DNA of 63,063 bases, filler included, from Hyphochytrium catenoides (lineage: Eukaryota > Protista > Hyphochytriomycota): the NCBI GenBank assembly GCA_900088475.1. It is 9 parts of 9 records of this genome, joined end to end, with 100 filler letters (N's around TTAATTAATTAA, not from the genome) between each part and the next. Parts side by side here need not be neighbours in the genome. Positions count along the whole stretch, not along the records: positions 57,093 to 60,848 come from FLMG01000555.1; positions 60,949 to 63,063 come from FLMG01001536.1; 7 more parts are not named here. One strand, given 5' to 3'. Below, in pieces: positions 60,501 through 63,063 of this stretch. Both the position numbers and the translations under genes were made by a program. The notes below the pieces were generated by a model. It was not told the DNA's origin. It was given only the letters and a program-made list of their open reading frames with translations, and ran no database searches. The first letter of the stretch is position 1. Each line of letters begins with the position of its first letter.

Positions 60501-60981
60501 CCTTGCACCAGCACTGGAGGCGATCATTGATGGGACGTCACGGACTTCAGAATGACAGTGTGTCAAGTTGAAAGCTTCAAAAATCCTCCTCGCGGAAGAA
60601 TTCAGTATCTTCGACTCCATAACCTAGTACAGTATTATTCCTCTGAAGTTGAAAGCTACAAAAGAAAACTGATCCGACTCTTGAATCTTTCAACAAATTG
60701 TGGAGCTTCGAAAAGCTCTGTAACTGTCATCGAAAAGTCACTCTCACACAATTGGCGGGTTGCACCAGCAGGCGGAAGGCCTCTACTGATGTAATCAGTG
60801 ACTCGACCGTCGCGGTGTGTCACATTCAGATTAGGTCCTTATACGTCCNNNNNNNNNNNNNNNNNNNNNNNNNNNNNNNNNNNNNNNNNNNNTTAATTAA
60901 TTAANNNNNNNNNNNNNNNNNNNNNNNNNNNNNNNNNNNNNNNNNNNNTCTTATGCCCTTCCTTCTGTGATGTCTTCTCAC

Positions 60982-63022
60982 CTGGCAGTGTCATCTGCAT
61001 GAAAACCAGCTGCTTCAATCTCGCTATCCCTCTCTTTCTCTCCTCTGCGGCCTTCTTTTTCTCTCTTCCTTGTCTTCCTCCTTCTCCTGCTGCCACATAT
61101 GCGACCCTAGCCGTGTCATGAGAGCCTAACAAGTTCATCTGCGCGCTCCAGACATCCTTCCCAAACTTTCTCTCTGACTCCAGAAGATATTGTGCCATCT
61201 CTGAGGGAGAGAGAGGCTCCCACCGGTGGTGGCGGTGCTGATGGCGATACTCTTCGGGCAGCTCTGACCCTAGAATAAATCGGAAGAGTCGCCTTTGAAG
61301 AGAATAGTTGGTCACGCCATCGAAGCGAGTGCCGGAGAGCCACTCGGTGCAGTCATCAGACCAAATCTCTCCCACGATATAAGCTAAAGATAGCGGCGAT
61401 GTGTATGGAGGCGAGAGGTAACAAGAGAGAGGTAGTACAAGCGGAGAAATGAGAGAGAGAAAAAGAGATGACACAGAGAAAGAGGGGAAAGGAGAGGGAG
61501 AGATGTGAGAAAGAGGGAGAGAGGAAAAGGAGAAACAGCCGCATTGCAGGAAAGTAGGGACAGAAAAAGTTGCGGAGGACCAAGAGGAGAACGACATGAA
61601 GGAAAAGTGGCTTTAAACGTGGGGAAGACAAAGAGGAAGACAATAAAGCGGGAAGCCCATCAAGCTCGAATAAGCGGTGTGTACCCCTCTCACTTTCTCA
61701 GAGACGTGCACCATCGAACTCCTCTCTTTCTCCCTCATCCTCTCTCTTTCTCTCTCACGCAGGCACAAACCTTCAGGATTGATCTCCCTCACAACTTCCC
61801 TGAGCTCGTCAAAGAAAGGTCGGTAGTTCACATCTGCGGGAGCGTCAATCCGCCAGCCGTCCAACCCCATTGATGTCCAATAGCGAACAGCCTATCGGGA
61901 GAAGAGAAGGCGGAAGAGATAAGAAGAATGAATATGTGTGCGTGTGAGGGTGGAGAGAGAGAGTGTGAGTGATTGTGAGAGAAAGACAGGCAGAGAGAGA
62001 CAGACAGACAGACAGAGAGAGAATGAGAGAAAGAGAGAAGAAAGCACGAGAGGTTTACGAGGACTTGCTGCCGTTGAGCGCACTCGCCTGTCTCCCTCCC
62101 TGTCTCTTCACTCTCTATAGATATACAGAGCTTCATTGTCTCTCTCTTTCCCTGATCCGCTCATTCTCCCTCCTGATAGTGTCACCGCAGGCTATCTACT
62201 CCTTGTCACTGACTACTGATCGGCTGCTGAGTCTCTACGCTGTCTCGATCTACTCTCTCCTATCCATAACTCTTCTCCTCATGATTTCTCTCTCTTCGCC
62301 TTTCCTCTTCCATCTGTCTCTCTCCTACTCAGTCTCTTCTTATCTTCTGCTCACCTGCAGGAGATGTCTCCTCACGTCCGGGTTCTCTAAGTTTAGCTGT
62401 GGAAGGTCTCTTATGCCTTCCCAGCACTGGTAGTTGCAGTCTCCCTCACTCGCGTAAGGACGCAAGGGCCAGCCTTGGATGAGGAACCAGTCCACGTAGG
62501 GAGAGGAAGGACCATTTTCTGAGCATGGGAGAGGGACCGGGGAGGAAGAGAGAGAGAAGATGGTGTGTGTGAACACTGGGAGTGACGGTGGAGGAAGAGG
62601 AGACGGAAGAGAAAAATATGTAGATTGCTCGAGAAGTAGGAAGCCCCATCGATGCTGGGTTCGGCAGGAATCGCTGCCTCGGAAAGAGATGAAGCAAAAA
62701 ACCGGAGAAATAATAGCGTCCAAAGCAGGAAGGAAAACAACAGGTGGAGGAGCTAAAGTGTCTTCTCTCTCTCTCTCTCTCTCTGTCCCTATGTCTTCAT
62801 CTGCTTATTGTCTCGGTTGAGCTGTACGCTGCTCCACCTCAGTCTATCGATATGTGTCTCTCCTCTCCTTCCTTCTCTCGTCTGACCTACGACGTGATGA
62901 AAGGGCCAAAAGCCTCTTCCGCAGTGATTGAACACGCCGTCAAGCACAATTTTGATGTTCCTTCTATGTGCCTGCCGAAGCAGCTCCTTGAAAGTCTCAG
63001 TGCTTCCCAGCAATGGGTCAAT
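60982..63022 (-). CDS. GH13 alpha-glucan hydrolase of neopullulanase/cyclomaltodextrinase (GH13_20) type, internal exons (both ends missing)
   Basis: Exons 63022-62887, 62518-62355, 61891-61771 and 61383-60982 give IDPLLG...IVLDGVFNH...|[12 protein letters not shown]...[12 protein letters not shown]|...LDGWRIDAP...|AYIVGEIW...RFDGVTNY...[10 protein letters not shown]...QMTLPG. The catalytic D, E and D are all intact. Confidence 0.92.
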
Positions 63023-63063
63023 CTAAAGTGTAACACACAGAGAGAAAGAGAGAGAGAGAGAGA

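Overview
Eukaryotic nuclear DNA. It is a concatenation of 9 scaffolds joined by 8 artificial 100-nt linkers (44 N + TTAATTAATTAA + 44 N), so adjacency across linkers has no biological meaning. The DNA is very rich in (GA)n/(CT)n, and most ORFs in the supplied track are microsatellite noise. The real genes are mostly GT-AG spliced and were rebuilt by hand. Ciliary genes: RSPH1/RSP10-like MORN protein, CFAP144/FAM183 (with a GC-AG intron) and TOGARAM/Crescerin. Housekeeping genes: FAF2-type UBX protein, partial UTP6, GPALPP1/DUF3752, MCCC1, a PH-domain protein and RBX1. Unusual architectures: an F-box protein with a multi-TM tail, and an AP2-domain transcription factor with a second conserved domain and a membrane-spanning tail. 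Horizontal-transfer candidates: an intronless fungal-type DJ-1/Hsp31 gene, a secreted EG16-like GH16, and a bacterial-type GH13_20 with introns. Decayed retroelement relics are also present. The content fits a flagellated stramenopile, probably oomycete-like; this is an inference from recalled homology, not a search. The most interesting signals are the candidate membrane-tethered transcription factor, the three foreign-looking enzymes, and a class of introns that are GA-rich at the 5' end and CT-rich at the 3' end and could fold back on themselves.
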